NCBI RefSeq assembly: GCF_006345805.1
Contig: NC_042997.1
Coordinates: 43,524,001 to 43,588,000 of the forward strand
Direction: 5' to 3'
DNA length: 64,000 bases
Source of the DNA: Octopus sinensis
Taxonomy: Eukaryota
Shown here: piece after piece, positions 50,893 through 63,489 of the stretch
Layout: each line of letters begins with the position of its first letter
How positions within the stretch are numbered: the first letter of the stretch is position 1
Program-made: the position numbers and the translations under genes
Notes under the pieces: generated by a model
The model's database searches: none
Seen by the model: the letters and a program-made list of their open reading frames with translations, nothing else
What the model was told of the DNA's origin: nothing

Positions 50893-51330
50893 GTCTAATC
50901 AGTTTCCTTTCATCAGCCAATCCCATCTATTTTTTCCAGCAACTTCTACTGTGGCTACATGGAATTGATTGTGTAGTCCCTTCTTGCGTAATTCTTCTTC
51001 ATGTCCTTTTTGTACTTCTTCCTTTCTTCTCTGCTTTCAATACTCCCTCGTTCCTAATTGTCACTAGCAAGGTTTCCTTACTTTGGCCTAGGTATCTCAT
51101 TAAGCTCTCCAGTTCGATACGCAACGCAGTCTTCCACACTCATCAGTCCTCTTCCTCCATTTGCTCTCTTCATCAGTGTCTGCACGTGGATAATGAGCTT
51201 CATGCATCGTTAGAAGCTTTCTTGTCTTCCTGTCCATCTCCTTGAGGGCTGGTGTGGTCTTACCCCATTCAACGGCGATATTCTCGATGTTATACTGAGC
51301 CAAAGGAGGTAGGGCCAGGAGTATGTATTT
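50893..51330 (-). mobile_element. R4/Dong-clade non-LTR fragment (post-RT)
   Basis: EWGKTTPALKEMDRKTRKLLTMHEAHYPRADTD; GGRGLMSVEDCV; KGLHNQF...RWDWLMKG. Confidence 0.8.
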
Positions 51331-51703
51331 GTCTCCTCACAATTGCAATAGGCACACTAAAACGATTATTGAGCGCATAGTATATGTCACCAAGCTAAAT
51401 TCGCTTGCGAGTGACGCCTGTTGCCGTTTACTCTATATTTACACTTTCTTTCTACAACTTTCATTATTTTGTGTTTATCGACTGCATCGCAGATATCAGT
51501 CAGAGGTTTGCTTATTCATCTTGTTTTTTTCAAATGTGTGTTTATGCCTCACGAGATGTCTGAGAGCATACTGGCATTAAGACTAAGAGTTATGGGATTT
51601 TTGTTTAGGAGCAGTGGTGTATTGGTTAATGTCACTAAGCAATTCATTCATATTTTAATAATACGGCCTTTTTGTTAAAATAAAAGTGTAATAATAATAA
51701 TAA

Positions 51704-51895
51704 TAATCCCTTCTACTAAAGGCACAAGGCCTGAAATTTGGGGGACCCCAGTGTCTCATTGGTACTTAACTCAATGATCCCGAAAGAATAAAAGGTAAAG
51801 TCAACCTCGGTGGAATTTGAACTCAGAACGTAATGACGGACGAAATACTGCTAAGCATTTTGCCTGGCGTGCTAACGATTCTGCCAGATCGCCAT
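51704..51895 (-). mobile_element. Family C SINE with (TTA)n tail
   Basis: Reverse complement of the family C head and Deu domain. Confidence 0.8.
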
Positions 51896-51904
51896 CTTCA
51901 TCCT

Positions 51905-52691
51905 CAATACAGATACAGAGGACCGGTGGATATGGATGAGGTGGGGTGACCTGAAGATAGAGACAAAAGCACTCATATGCGCAGTTCAGGAACAAGCATT
52001 AAGGACCACCTATAGGAAGTGCAGAATAGACAACACTACCGATAGCGATAAATGAAGAATGTGCGGTGAGAGGGGTGAAACGGTATGGTACATCGTTAAC
52101 GAATACCCGAAATCGGCGCAACGGAAATACAAAAGTCGCCATGACAATGTGGCAAGAATGATCCATTGGGAACTCTGTGGAAAGTACGGTCTACAAAGAG
52201 CAAGCTCCAGAAGGAGTCACCGAAAATGAGAAGTGCAAAATCTTGTGGGGTGCAATGATCCAGCGCGATCACCCGACCAGAGATCGGAAACCGGACATTG
52301 TTGTGGTGAATAAAAAAGAAAGAACATGTATGATAATCGACATAGAATGTCCCGGTGACAACAGGATCAATGTGAAAGAAGGAAAAGCGAAACAACTATG
52401 ACGATTTGAAGTGGGAAATACGAAGGTTGTGGTCAATGAAGAGAGTAGACGTGATACCAATAGTAATTGGTGCACTTGGAAGTATCAGCACTCAACTACC
52501 AACATGGCTAAAAAAAGATTGATGCAAGTGTGAAGGTAGAGCACTTACAAAAATCAGCATTGTATGGAACTGCAAGAATTCTTCACAGGGTTCTTGAAGC
52601 ATGACCAGTAAACAAGTGTCACCCTAGTCTGCTGGTTATGGACAGCTGATACTTTCCATCATAGCCAGCAAAATAAGCTGTGAGTTTTCAT

Positions 52692-52695
<4 letters not shown>
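51905..52695 (+). mobile_element. R4/Dong-clade non-LTR 3' fragment with RLE endonuclease
   Basis: GDLKIETKALICAVQEQAL; decayed zinc knuckle; RHDNVARMIHWEL; RKPDIVVVNKKERTCMIIDIECP; PIVIGALG; followed by (TAA)n 52696-52757. Confidence 0.88.
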
Positions 52696-52757
<62 letters not shown>

Positions 52758-52760
52758 GCG

Positions 52761-53284
52761 AGAGCACTCAGAGAGCGCAAACCTCCGCCAAGGCAACATC
52801 AACGTCTTCTCAACGATTAGCCAGAGATGATTTTTAAAATGAGAATATCTGAAATAAACTCGACTGCTCTCACAAACGAGAATACTAAAAATGAACCCGA
52901 CCACTCTCAAATATTAAGTAAAAGAAAACAGGAAAAATAATCCAGAATCCTTGTTCGGTGCCGGATCGATCCCACAATCTAATCAGTTCGTGCCAGTTAC
53001 GAGACCAAACATCCCTGAAAGTTTCATCCGAATCTATCCAGCGTTTTTTGAGATATCTTGACCACGGACAAACAAACAAACAAACACGACTGAAAACATT
53101 CTGGATTATTTTTCCGGTTTTTTTCTTTTACTTAATATTTGAGAGCAGTCGGGTTCATTTTTAGTATTGTCATTTGTGAGAGCCATCGAATTTATTTCAG
53201 ATATTCTCATTTTAAAAATCATCTCCGGCTAATCGTTGAGAAGACGTTGATGTTGCCTTGGCGGAGGTTTGCGCTGAGTGCTCT
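52761..53284. mobile_element. HINE/Helentron-like element followed by an inverted copy of its own 5' ~187 bp
   Basis: Arms 52761-52948 and 53098-53284 imperfectly complementary; CCTCCGCCAAGG; GAGATATCTTG..GACAAACAAACAAAC..GAAAACA core. Confidence 0.7.
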
Positions 53285-53600
53285 TGTTATCAGGTCTGTA
53301 AGACTGGCAGAGATGACAACGCGCTGAGCAATAATTAATCAGTTATTGATTACTGACTGACAGTCTGCTTTGACATTGCATTGTATTGCATCGGTGGTCT
53401 GCATTAAATATTTACTATATTTAGTTCAACAGCCTACAACCATGTGTGTGGGTGTGTGTACAAATTATAACCTGCAATAGAAATTTATTCTGGGTTAATG
53501 GGTCACCAGCTGATCGGGCTAAACCGGTACCCAAATAACATAGTTGGCAAAGACGACGGCTACGAAAGGGCTTTTCGCTTAGTACATACGGTTGGGATGT

Positions 53601-53990
53601 GGAGGCGCAATGGCCCAGTGGTTAGGGCAGCGGACTCGCGGTCATAGGATCGCGGTTTCGATTCCCAGACCGGGCGTTGTGAGTGTTTATTGAGCGAAAA
53701 CACCTCAAAAAGCTCCACGAGGCTCCGGCAGGGGATGGTGGTGATCCCTGCTGTACTCTTTCATCACAACTTTCTCTCACTCTTACTTCCTGTTTCTGTT
53801 GTACCTGTATTTCAAAGGGCCGGCCTTGTCACTCTCTGTGTCACGCTGAATATCCCCGAGAACTACGTTAAGGGTACACGTGTCTGTGGAGTGCTCAGCC
53901 ACTTACACGTTAATTTCACGAGCAGGCTGTTCCGTTGATTCGGATCAACCGGAACCCTCATCGTCGTAACCGACGGAGTGCTTCCATCCA
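53601..53990 (+). mobile_element. Family A SINE, full length
   Basis: Flanks ACGGTTGGGATGT / ACGATTGGGATGT. Confidence 0.96.
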
Positions 53991-54511
53991 CGATTGGGAT
54001 GTTAATAGTCCGTCTTACATATTGCGATAGAGTTCTGAAGTACATTGTTGTAAATGATCCAGAACGTATCAATGTGTATGAAAGTCTTCTCCATAGTTGA
54101 TGTCGACTGCATTGAAGCTTTCTGGATTTAGCAAGCAAACCGGTGGACGAAGGATTTCGGTCAATGGGATTCAAAGATTCATAATTACTTGCATACACTT
54201 TTTGACCTTTATGCTCCAGTCCGGTTTATTAAGTTTCTTTTTACTTCCCAATTACCAGAAGAGACTATACGGCAAAAGGATTATTATTTAAATAAATCAA
54301 TAAATTAATTCTGTTCACGAAGACATTTCAGATGTAAAGCAATTGTATAGTCAAATGGCAAACTCAGTGGCAAATAGGGAAAGCGAGGGAGAGAAAGAGA
54401 GAGAACGAGGAGAGAGAGAGAGGAAGAAAGAGAATGAGGAGGAGAGAGAGGAAGAGAGAGAGAGTGAAGAGGAGAGAGAGGAAGAGAGAGAGAGAGTGAA
54501 GAGGAGAGAGA

Positions 54512-54547
<36 letters not shown>

Positions 54548-54755
54548 ATGTGCCTCTCAAACGGAAGATCGTGGGTTCAGTTCTGGATGAAGTCTGCATC
54601 AACTTCGTAGCAGTTAAAACCACGATCTCCCTCTAATCATTGATAGCGATCGATAAAACACGCACCAGTAACCTACCGCTTTTGATTTAATAGACTTCAT
54701 CAACTTCCGCTTCGAAAAATCAGACTAGTAAAGTTGTAAACTACTTTGTTAGTTA

Positions 54756-55151
54756 CTAGCAGTATCGCCCGGCGTTGCTCGGGTTTGTAAGGGAAATAAC
54801 TATATAAGCATTTTTAGGGATGTAAAGTATAATAGCCATCTCAATATGGCTAACCACAAAAGGGGGATGTTACTGTAGCTTTTTACGTTCTGAGATTTAA
54901 TAATAAATTTTTAGAGAGTTACTTCCTTTATATATGCCAAAAATGCATTAAAAATGGGAAAAATTGATGGTAAATTTTTTTTTAAATCGTAGACTCATCG
55001 TAGACACGCGCTAATACCCAGAAGGGCTCGATATGAATCACGACTATAAGATACCCGGTTTTGGTTAAACTGCACCGCAAAATGTGAGAGTAGTTAGGAA
55101 TCTAAATCGTAGGAGACAGACAGCACACAACCTCTCTTTTATATATATAGA
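54756..55151 (-). mobile_element. Non-autonomous Helitron, family H1
   Basis: Same ends; different internal segment at about 54815-54900. Confidence 0.86.
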
Positions 55152-55269
55152 TTAGCACCCTCTTTGGTATGGCATGGGCAGACACGTACGGTAAATAAAC
55201 ATTTGAATCTCTTTCAAAGTGTGAATGGAAAAATACAATATTTGACGTCATTAAAATTTAATGCTTATA

Positions 55270-55590
55270 AACATTTCGGATTAAGCACAAAGCCTGCGAG
55301 ACTGGAACTTTACCGATTTCGGCGGTATGAAATTTAATGTTGATCTCGGCACTTTTTCCCGTTGCTCTAACGATTCTTCCAATTCACTACTTTATTCAAT
55401 GGTTATAATGGTTTCTAATTTAAGCACATGCCCAGGAATTTTGACGGGATGAGTTTAGTCGATATCATCGACCCCCAGTATTAACTGATGCTGTGGTTTT
55501 TATCAACCCCTAAACGATGAAAGGAAAAATTTGCCAACTCAGCAGGCAGAGAGCCGGAAGAAATGCTGCGAGGCGTTCTTCCAGCGCTTC
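55270..55590 (-). mobile_element. Old family C SINE remnants
   Basis: Diverged Deu-domain matches. Confidence 0.5.
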
Positions 55591-56117
55591 AAGTGCTAAT
55601 TGGAAAAGGCTTTGGTTGTGGTTGTTCTCTTCCTCGCAATAACTGAATAAAAAAGCCAGCATGAGAGCATGTACGTTGTCGCTTTATATGCTAGAAATAG
55701 CAGTCAAATTACATGCAAAATACACTGTAATATGTAAAAGAAAGAAAGAAAAAGAAAGAAAACAAAAAGAAAGAAAAAAGAACGCTTTCGATTATGAATT
55801 TCTAAGAGATGAGTCGATGTGATCGCAGTGAGCCTGAGTGAAGCCGAACGAGGGTGCTGATCTCGGCGGTAATCTTAGATCATAAGCCAGCTGATCTTAG
55901 ATCATAAGCCAGCTTGATCAAGATGATCTGAAGCAAAGCACAACTAAGTCATTCATTTCTGCACAAAAATGGTTCACATCATTTATTGACTCCATAGACA
56001 AATGATTTTGCATATCAAGAAAAAGTTCCCACATGAACACAAATATAATGTAGTATTGCTTTGTTTTATTTATTTATTTATTTATTTATTTTAGTCCATT
56101 CTCATTATTTTGCAAGT

Positions 56118-56900
56118 CAAAGGTGGCGAGCTGGCAGAATCGCAGTATTTCGTCTGCCGCTACATTCTGAGTTCAAATTCTGTCGAGGTCGACTTTGCCT
56201 TTCATCCTTTCGGGGTCGATAAATTAAGTACCAGTTACGCACTAGGGTCAATGTAATCGACTTAATCCGTTTGTCTGTCCTTGTTTGTCCCCTCTGTGTT
56301 TAGCCCCCTGAGGGTTGTAAAGAAATAGGTATTTCGTCTGCCGCTACGTTCTGAGTTCAAAATCCGCCGGCCGAGGTCGACTTTGCCTTTCATCCTTTCG
56401 GGGTCGATTAAATAAGTACCAGTTATGCACTGGGGTCGATGTAATTGACTTAATCCGTTTGTTTGTCCCCTCTATGTTTAGCCCCTTGTTGGGCAATAAA
56501 GAAATAAGAAACGTGAGCACACCGGGCGAAATGCTTAGCTGTATTTCGTCTGTCTTTACGTTCTGAGTTAAAATTCCGTCGATGTCGACTTTGCCTTTCA
56601 TCCTTTTGGGATTGATTAAATAAGTACCAGTTGCGTACTGAGGTCGATCTAATCGACTGGACCCCCTCACCCCAAATTTCAGGCCTTGTGCCTATAGTAG
56701 AAATATACATAAAGAGGTGGCAAGCTGGCAGAAACATTAGCATGCCGGGCAAAATGCTTAGCAGAATTTCGTCCGTCTTTACGTTCTGAGTTCAAATTTC
56801 GCCGAGGTCGACTTTGCCTCTCATCCCTTTCGGGGTCGATAAAATAAGTACCAGTTGAGTACTAGGGTCGAGCTTCCCGGCCTTGTTCCAAAATTTGAAA
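56118..56900 (+). mobile_element. Four head-to-tail family C SINE units
   Basis: GTCGACTTTGCCT(T/C)TCATCC four times, near 56189, 56377, 56586 and 56807. Confidence 0.9.
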
Positions 56901-56914
56901 CCAAAATGCATTAA

Positions 56915-57285
56915 GAGTAGGGGCTGTATGGCTGAATATAAGTTCAGCATAACCGAATGGCTAAGAAGTTCACTTTACAACTACGGGACCTCTGGTTTAA
57001 TTCCACCGCGTGGCATCTTGAGCAGATGTCATTTTCTGAAGCTTCAGGTTGACTCAAACATTGTGAATAAAAGAGAGTGAACGGAAACTGCATGGAAGCC
57101 CACCTGATGGACTGTATTTGTAATTAAAAAAGCTGCAGCCTCGTCTCACTTTCCGTCACTCTAATTCTAGTTGAAAATTACGTTAAGGGAACACGAGTCT
57201 CTGGAATGTTGAACCACTTACACGTTAATTCAGGAGCAGGTAATTCGGTTAACCGAATAACAATCAACGGACGTGCAAGATCGCC
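56915..57285 (+). mobile_element. Old hybrid SINE (B head + A 3' domain)
   Basis: CGTGGCATCTTGAGCAGATGTC, ACGGAAACTGCATGGAAGCCC, then ACGTTAAGGGAACACGAGTCTCTGG..CCACTTACACGTTAATT. Confidence 0.65.
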
Positions 57286-57518
57286 ACCAACACCAACACC
57301 AACACCAACACCACCAGCACCACCAGCACCAGTAGCAGCAGCAGTACCACCACCACCACCACCATCAGATGTGAAGAGAATTTCAGTGAATAAACTGATA
57401 CACCCTAATCTCCCAAGCATTTATCCGATAAACGAAATACGTGACACCAAAAGTGTTTATAGTGACACATATGCAAACACTTGCACACACACACACACAC
57501 ACACGAACGCACACACGC

Positions 57519-57561
<43 letters not shown>

Positions 57562-58515
57562 ACTCGTGCATACGAGTGTTTGTATGCATTTATGTATGTA
57601 TGCATGTATGTATGTCTGTATGATGCTTCGTGATTATAGTTTTTCAAATTGATAGTTTTACTTCTATCTTAGCAACCTTTTCACTAAGAAGAAAAGTTGA
57701 GTTTTTAAATTCACGCGTTTTCGTAAGAGCGAACTTACAGACCGTACCGTATCCTGAAATTAGTGGTCATACTCTACAGATTCCGTAAGCGGGATATCAC
57801 GTAACCTGACATAACTATAAGGAGAGAGTGTGTCTGTGTTTTATGGGAAGTATGTAAGAGAAAAAAACCACTCCCGTAGGCTTCGGAATGAGAATGTAAA
57901 TGAACGAAACTAAATGCAGTCGGACATATTTGTCTCTTATTTGACTATTTTTGTTACAAACAACTGATACAAAATGGCCACTGTCAAAATGACTGAATAA
58001 ATAAATAATACCCGGGCACATCTCTGCTTTGATCTTTGCAGTAATCTAATGTCATAAAATAAACAATGTGAAAAGGAATCTCGCTGCGAAAGGTGAAATC
58101 TCAAAATAAAGGAAAACAAATGAAACAATGAATGAAAATAGATCTTGATGAATAATTTGATTGGACTCCATCTTGTTTATTCAGTCGTCTGCCATTTGCA
58201 TTTATTTATTTATTTATTTATTTGCATGTTGCTATTCACGATAAATGCTTGATTCTTTTGTTCGATGTCGCCTGAATTAGCACAAACTGACTTTTATCAT
58301 GCTTTTCTGCTCATTTTTTGCATGCCTGTTAAGCTCATTGTCTCCCTAAATCTCTTTTCCTCTCTCACTCTTTTTACTCGTCTTTGCACTCATCCCTATC
58401 CTTCTATGTCGCCATTTCTTTCGTGTCATTGACTCTTTCTGTCCGCTTCTGTGAGCCTGCCCTGCCGATCTGTCTGTCGGTCGGTCGATCTCTCTGCCGG
58501 TCTGCCTGTCTGTAG

Positions 58516-58559
<44 letters not shown>

Positions 58560-59117
58560 CTCTCTTTCTCCCTATCTTTCTCTTTGCATCTCTTCCCCCT
58601 CTCTCTCGCTGTCTTCATCTCCTAATCTGTCTGTCTGACTCTCTCTGTCTCTGTCTCATTTTCTCTCTCTCTCCCCCTCTCTCATCATTTATGACCATTG
58701 CGTCTTGCTCTTCTCACCAGCGTTTTCCTGTAAAATGTATTGATTTTAATGGTATTTAATAATATTTAATAAATAACGTTAACAAAATGATAAAGGTTTT
58801 TTTTTAGCATAGTCCGTTAATTGTAAGTATTCATCCGAATATTATATTTTTTTAGGTATTTCATAAAGAAATATTGCTACTACAAATTCTCTAAAACATG
58901 TTCCGAAATTCCTTTCGGCCATTAATTGATATCATTTTATTTCAAGGCCACTTTGTCAATCAAGATTATCGCATTTCTATCTCTCAAAGATGGCTGCTAG
59001 TCTCTTATTATGAACTACTTTGTGTTTTTGCTACTCTGCGACTCGTCTTTTGATATCTCTCACTGGAAATCTTTCAACGAAGAAAATTTCCACAGGAAAA
59101 TGCTTTTCGATGATACA

Positions 59118-59405
59118 TGTCATCATCATCATCATCATCATTATCCTCCCCTCCTCCACCTCCTCCTCCTCCTCCTCCTCCTCTCCTCCTCCTCCTCCTC
59201 CTCCTCCTCATCATCATCATCGTCACCGTCACCGTCATCGTCATCATCATCATCATCATTATCCTCCCCTCCTTCTCCTCCTCCTCCTCCTCCCCATCAT
59301 CATCATCATCATCATTATCCTCCCCTCCTCCTCCCCATCATCATCATCATCATCATCGTCATCGTCACCGTCATCGTCATCATCATCATCATCATCATCA
59401 TCACC
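59118..59405. repeat. Composite (CAT)/(CCT)/(CGT) triplet repeat with modular duplication
   Basis: CATCATTATCCTCCCCT block three times; followed by a family C 3' fragment 59408-59530. Confidence 0.93.
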
Positions 59406-59716
59406 ACCTTTCGGGATCGATTAAATAAGTACCAGTTACGCACTGGGGTCGTTGTCATCGACTTAATCCGTTTGTCTGTTCTTGTTTGTCCCCTATATAT
59501 GTTTAGCCCCTTGTGGGCAATAAAGAAATAAGATAGATACAAGTAGATAAATTGATATAGATAAATAGATAGATATAAATGCACACACGCACGTATATAC
59601 GCACACAAAATGAAATGAATGGCGAAAGAATCGAGGCAACGGACTTCATTGAATAATTTCCTGTTCCTTCGTCATTTATTTCATTTCATATTACGTTCTG
59701 TTCACAACTCACATGT

Positions 59717-60076
59717 GGAGGCGCAATGGCCCAGTGGTTAGGGCAGTGGACTCGCGGTCGTAGGATCGCGGTTTCGATTCCCAGACCGGGCGTTGTGAGT
59801 GTTTATTGAGTGAAAACACCTAAAAGCTCCACGAGGCTCCGGCAGGGGATGGTGGTGATCCCTGTTGTACTCTTTCACCACAACTTTCTCTCACTCTTAC
59901 TTCCGGCCTTGTCACTCTCTGTGTCACGCTGAATATCCCCCGAGAACTACGTTAAGGGTACACGTGTCTGTGGAGTGCTCAGCCACTTACACGTTAATTT
60001 CACGAGCAGGCTGTTCCGTTGATTCGGATCAACCGGAACCCTCATCGTCGTAACCGACGGAGTGCTTCCACCACCA
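59717..60076 (+). mobile_element. Family A SINE, TSD CACAACTCAC
   Basis: TSD 59703-59712 and 60077-60086; ~30-nt internal deletion. Confidence 0.95.
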
Positions 60077-60311
60077 CACAACTCACGCTTTATTCTGTTG
60101 TATATGTATATCAAGCCCCTACTCCAGGTTATTAGTATAGCTTTGCCCAAGGGGTCCAACAGACAACATCATAGCAGTTAGACAATCTCCACGGATGATT
60201 TGTTTTGATTTGTTTTCAGTGGCGAAGGTTTGTATAGCATCAACCACATTTTTGTGTGGAAATGCTGACCGCAGTTGGTGAAAATGTTTGCCACAAATTC
60301 TATGAACAATA

Positions 60312-60532
60312 TACTCTCTTTTACTCTTTTACTCTTTTACTTGTTTCAGTCATTTGACTGCGGCCATGCTGGAGCACCGCCTTTAGTCGAGCAAATCGAC
60401 CCCGGGACTTATTCTTTGTAAGCCCAGTACTTATCCTATCGGTCTCTTTTGCCGAACCGCTAAGTAACGGAGACATAAACACACCAGCATCGGTTGTCAA
60501 GCGATGTTGGGGAGACAAACACAGACACACAA

Positions 60533-60619
<87 letters not shown>

Positions 60620-60768
60620 CGACGGGCTTCTTTCAGTTTCCGTCTACCAAATCCACTCACAAGGCATTGGTCGGCCCGAGGCTATAGTAGAAGACACCTG
60701 CCCAAGATGCCATGCAGTGGGACTGAACCCGGAACCATGCTACTTACCACACAGCCACTCCTGCGCCT
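60312..60768 (-). mobile_element. Family B SINE
   Basis: Full length with internal (CA)(TA) tract. Confidence 0.92.
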
Positions 60769-60810
60769 TAGGTTTTTCTATTAGAGTTCTCCATCTTTTG
60801 AGTTAGTTCC

Positions 60811-61030
60811 TTAAAGTTTTTGAAATAAAAGAGCACATGAGTATGGTGATCGATAGATCAACATGGGTTTTAATTCTAAATCGCTAGCAGGATTTCCACC
60901 TAATAAAGTGTTGACTATGATTATCCCCTGAGACCAGGATTGTAATCTTCTTTCTTCTACAAATGAGTATTTTTTAGGTATTCGATTTACTGGTCCTGTC
61001 TCGTCAATAGTTATAATTTGTTCCTCAACG
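60811..61030 (-). mobile_element. Tigger/pogo transposase DDE fragment
   Basis: EQIITIDETG...TLLGGNPASDLELKPMLIYRSP. Confidence 0.8.
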
Positions 61031-61452
61031 AGTGCAGGCATTGCTGTGTGGTGAAGAATTTCGCTTCGCAACCATGTGGTTTCGAGTTCAGTTCCATTAC
61101 GTATCTTCTACTATCACCTCAGACCGACTAATACTTTATGAAGGAATTTGGCAGATGGAGACTGTATGGGAGGTCATCGTATATGTGTGGGAGTGTGTAT
61201 GTGTGTGTGTGTGCGCGCGCGCGCGTGTGTATGTGCGTGGATACGTCAGTGTTTGTCCTTCACCACTTGACAACCGGTGTTGCTTTATTTACGTCCCCGT
61301 AACCAAGCGGTTCGGCGAAAGAAACCGATAGAATAAGCATCAACTTTAAAGGGATTAAGTACTGGGCCAATTTGTTTTATTAAACTCTTCAATGAAGTGC
61401 TCCAACATGACCGCAGTCCAGTAATTATAACAAATAAAAGAATAGAAGAATA
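61031..61452 (+). mobile_element. Old family B SINE
   Basis: Diverged head, internal (TG/CG) tract, AATAAAAGAATAGAAGAA tail. Confidence 0.75.
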
Positions 61453-62000
61453 ACCACCATCTTCGATATTTTTTCCAATTCAAAGGAATTCAAAGGTTGC
61501 TGCACTATTTATTTACCCCCCAACTCATTTTGCCATACAAATCTAATGTTTTAGACTCCAGACCGTCCTTTTAACCTATCGAACGAGCCAGAACTCTCGG
61601 AAAATATTTTATCTCTTCCCTCTTGAATTTTTTTTTTTTTTTTTTTTTTTTTTACTCTCCGTTTTCTGTGGACTTTTGCGAACAGATTGGTAGACTTTAA
61701 TTTGTTCGTCTGTCGTAACCTTTTGCTTGCCCAAAGCATTTTCATTAACTTTGTCAAAACCGTCTATGCCCGATATCAGCCCTTGTTTCATTCGTTCTGA
61801 GTAATATAAAGCTTCCCTTTCATAGGTTCCAAGTTACTCTGGCCGTTGGAGAAAATTGAAAACGTGTCTCATATATAATGCACGGACAGTGTGTGTCACA
61901 TGTGAAACATAGAACAGGCCGAGGGTTAAAGGAATGGGCTTTAACGTTTCTTCCAATCTTATACATTTCCCGTTCTTCGGCCTTTCATTAATTGTACTTG

Positions 62001-62384
62001 AGGAGGCGCAATGGCCCAGTGGTTAGGGCAGCGGACTCGCGGTCGTAGGATCGCGGTTTCGGTTCCCAGACCGGGCGTTGTGAGTGTTTATTGAGCGAAA
62101 ACACCTAAAGCTCCACGAGGCTCCGGCAGGGGATGGTGGCGATCCCTGCTGTACTCTTTCACCACAACTTTCTCTCAGTCCTACTTCCTGTTTCTGTTGT
62201 ACCTGTATTTAAAGGGCCGGCCTTGTCACTCTCTGTGTCACGCTGAATATCCCCGAGAACTACGTTAAGGGTACACGTGTCTGTGGAGTACTCAGCCACT
62301 TACACGTTAATTTCACCAGAAGGCTGTTCCGTTGATCGGATCAACTGGAACCCTCGTCGTCGTAACCGACGGAGTGCTTCCAAA
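62001..62384 (+). mobile_element. Family A SINE, TSD AATTGTACTTG
   Basis: TSD 61990-62000 and 62385-62395. Confidence 0.96.
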
Positions 62385-62884
62385 AATTGTACTTGGGTGC
62401 ACACGTCTACAGTTTAATGCTTTAGATGTAATGCAAACTTCTACAGCATTGCTCTTGAATTTATAAGCTGGCATGAAATCTCGATAAAGCACAAAGTGTA
62501 CGTATGTAACACGCAGACAGAGCAGAGTACATTTATCAACGGATGAGAAAAGGAAAGGAAACTAATGGGGAAAAATATACAGCTTTATTTTATTTTTCTA
62601 GGGCGATGAATTGGTAAAATGATCAGAAATGTGTTGCGGTATTTGTTCCTGCTGGTTATGTTCTGAGTTCAAATCTAGCGAGGGTGGGTGGGTGGATTCT
62701 ATAAAATAATGGGTTAACATGCAGTTTAGTGCCGTAAAACAAGTAAAAGTAAATTGTACCCGGAAGTGATGACAGTAAAGTCTTATAATTTCATAAACAC
62801 AGGCACTTATTTATATACTGCCTTCTAGTGATAGCATGAGCATTTTTGAATGAGTGTTTGAAGTATACTACTACTATGTCATGT

Positions 62885-63272
62885 GGAGGCGCAATGGCCC
62901 AGTGGTTAGGGCAGCGGACTCGCGGTCATAGGATCGCGGTTTCGATTCCCAGACCGGGCGTTGTGAGTGTTTATTGAGCGAAAACACCTAAAAGCTCCAC
63001 GAGGCTCCGACAGGGGATGGTGGTGATCCCTGCTGTACTCTTTCACCACAACTTTCTCTCACTCTTACTTCCTGTTTCTGTTGTACCTGTATTTCAAAGG
63101 GCCGGCCTTGTCACTCTCTGTGTCATGCTGAATATCCCCGAGAACTACGTTAAGGGTACACGTGTCTGTGGAGTGCTCAGCCACTTACACGTTAATTTCA
63201 CGAGCAGGCTGTTCCCGTTGATTCGGATCAACCGGAACCCTCGTCGTCGTAACCGACGGAGTGCTTCCATCC
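62885..63272 (+). mobile_element. Family A SINE, TSD ACTACTATGTC
   Basis: TSD 62870-62880 and 63273-63283. Confidence 0.96.
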
Positions 63273-63364
63273 ACTACTATGTCGAGTACCCAACAACGAA
63301 CACCAGTGAAAAGCTATAGGAACGCGTTTGATACCCGACAGGCAGGCTTCCTATGTTTGTTTAG

Positions 63365-63489
63365 ACCACATATATAGTTGTGAAGTTGTGAAGCATTTAA
63401 AAAATTTTGTTGATTCAACGATGAGAATGAGGTTGACCGATGCTCGCCAAGAAGAAACTCAAGAGACCTGCTTTATTTACATCGAATCT
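63365..63489 (+). CDS. Candidate internal exon of an unidentified host gene
   Basis: Acceptor TTCCTATGTTTGTTTAG|, donor TCT|GTATGG; open frame HIYSCEVVKHLKNFVDSTMRMRLTDARQEETQETCFIYIES. Confidence 0.35.

Noticed and set aside
50893-52695. Single R4/Dong insertion with a twin-priming 5' inversion
   Set aside because: The geometry fits, but the overlapping region differs strongly (NRWDWLMKGN versus DRWIWMRWGD) and about 570 bp intervene; two separate copies are more likely.
53601-53680. tRNA genes at SINE heads
   Set aside because: A and B boxes are present, but each runs into a SINE body with TSDs; no complete cloverleaf was found.
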